A DNA stretch of 64,000 nucleotides, taken from assembly GCA_020891255.1 (NCBI GenBank), contig BQFW01000006.1, forward strand, positions 248,001 through 312,000, in the 5' to 3' direction. The position numbers and the translations under genes are program-made. The notes beneath the pieces are model-generated. The model saw only the letters and a program-made list of their open reading frames with translations, was not told the DNA's origin and ran no database searches. Source of the DNA: Entomortierella parvispora E1425. Taxonomy: Eukaryota; Fungi; Mortierellomycota. Of the stretch, positions 62,728 to 64,000 are shown one piece after another; positions within the stretch are counted from its first letter, which is position 1; each line of letters opens with the position of its first letter.

Positions 62728-63789
62728 GATGGCGTGTTGTCGTTGAGACTGGGTAGGTGTTGGAAGCTCTGGGGATGGACCTCTGATAACGAAAAGGATC
62801 ATTCGGAGGCGGGAAGGAAGAGCAAGTATGTGCGTAGTTGCTGAAAGCAAGGTGGAAAAGCAGAAGAGAGAGTCTTTTTTTTTGTTTGGTTTTTCTTCTG
62901 GGAGCGTTCCGGGTGGGATGAGGCAAAAAGGACTGTTTCATCACTGCGTCGCTGATCAGTCGCAAGTGAGCTTGCAAGATGCCCAGCAGGCGAACCAAGT
63001 TAACCATCACTGCTACAACCAACAGCCTTCTTTCACCTGCACCTCATAACATATGGGCATGGGGCTGACTCGACCAGAAAAACCCTCAATGTCCACGCCA
63101 AGTACCTAAAATGGCAGCATCTGTCGGTGGGCAGATCACACTGGTCTTCCGGGCTGATTTTCATTGCACCGGGCACTTTCCCTCTTTCAGTGAGCCCCAA
63201 ACCACCTGAGATTTCATACCCCAGTATCAACTTGCTGCAATAGCTTTGCAAAAGGAGCAACGGAAGGACGACGCCACCAAATTAATCAACCCGACTGACG
63301 CCACCAAGCAAGTCGGGTAGGATCGCCAATCCACATCGGATTTGTCCCGGCGAAAACTCCTCGGTCGCCCAAAAAGGTAAGACCATTGGAGAGGCTGAGG
63401 CAAATGTTTGTCTGGCGACGAGACACAGGGCCGATAGTCCCTCCGTCCATATTGCGCCCGTCTGCATGCATCTCCTACGTTGTTTGTTTCGGCAAGCTCT
63501 TCTTTTGCAATCCTCTTTCCTCCGTCCACGTCAGCCCTGTGAGGCCCTTCCAGGATCATGTCCGACCGGGATGACGGCTGAATTGATGCCGTCCCTGTTG
63601 GGGCAGTGCAAGATCGGTCCGAACAACTTTTTTCTTTTTTTTTTCGGGAATGCTCATTCCTGATCCATGCCGTCAATCGAGGCTGAGTTCTAGATTATAT
63701 AAAGGGGGCTGTTCGCGTCCACCCACTTTATTTTTCACTCCAACATTGTACCCAAGCAAAACAAAATAAGCAAGCACGCGCACATAACA

Positions 63790-64000
63790 ATGCCAGACCC
63801 ATCCATACCGCCCAACGCTCACAAAACAGCTGAGGTCCCCGTCTTGATCTCTGGAGCAGGACCAACAGGCCTCTTTACCGCTTTACTCCTCACCAAGATG
63901 AATATCCCCTGTCGAATCCTTGAACGGGACCTTCACTTTTCGCCTCTCTCCAAGGCCTTGGCGATTCATTCAAGAACTCAAGAAATCCTTCAAATGACAG
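63790..64000 (+). CDS. FAD-dependent monooxygenase, N-terminus (truncated by the window edge)
   Basis: VLISGAGPTGLFTALLL...ILER..SKALAIHSRTQE (GxGxxG dinucleotide-binding fold). Confidence 0.85.
   Translation, partial: MPDPSIPPNAHKTAEVPVLISGAGPTGLFTALLLTKMNIPCRILERDLHFSPLSKALAIHSRTQEILQMT

Noticed and set aside
63227-63676. 149-aa minus-strand ORF upstream of the coiled-coil gene
   Set aside because: No recognisable motif or splice link could be supported.

Overview
Intron-rich fungal genomic DNA, most likely Mortierellaceae (inferred from NACHT-ARM NLR and F-box family types). Conserved housekeeping genes (RNF121-like, CHS7, INO80, Nudix, CSN4, Crh-like GH16, SEC13, CCT8, ADE4, start of an FAD monooxygenase) flank two accessory zones. 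The standout is a 5-exon gene at 1960-6413 that splices in phase into one ~1363-aa protein, joining an N-terminal FEN1/XPG-type PIN nuclease to a C-terminal Fanzor/TnpB RuvC-zinc-ribbon module with an intact D-E-D triad. Its stop codon overlaps a 67-nt hairpin-forming segment (6398-6464). A second, ORF-less copy of that segment lies at 44175-44240 (minus strand), with the stem conserved, the loop changed and different sequence after a sharp shared boundary. This is the pattern expected of an omegaRNA scaffold/right end followed by a variable guide, so this is a candidate dual-nuclease RNA-guided system. The second accessory zone holds a structurally complete DIRS retrotransposon (20398-24645), two tandem NACHT-HEAT NLR genes plus a broken third copy, a ~1.5-kb inverted repeat with a 0.4-kb spacer, and an F-box pseudogene. 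Gene models were read by hand and no database searches were run.
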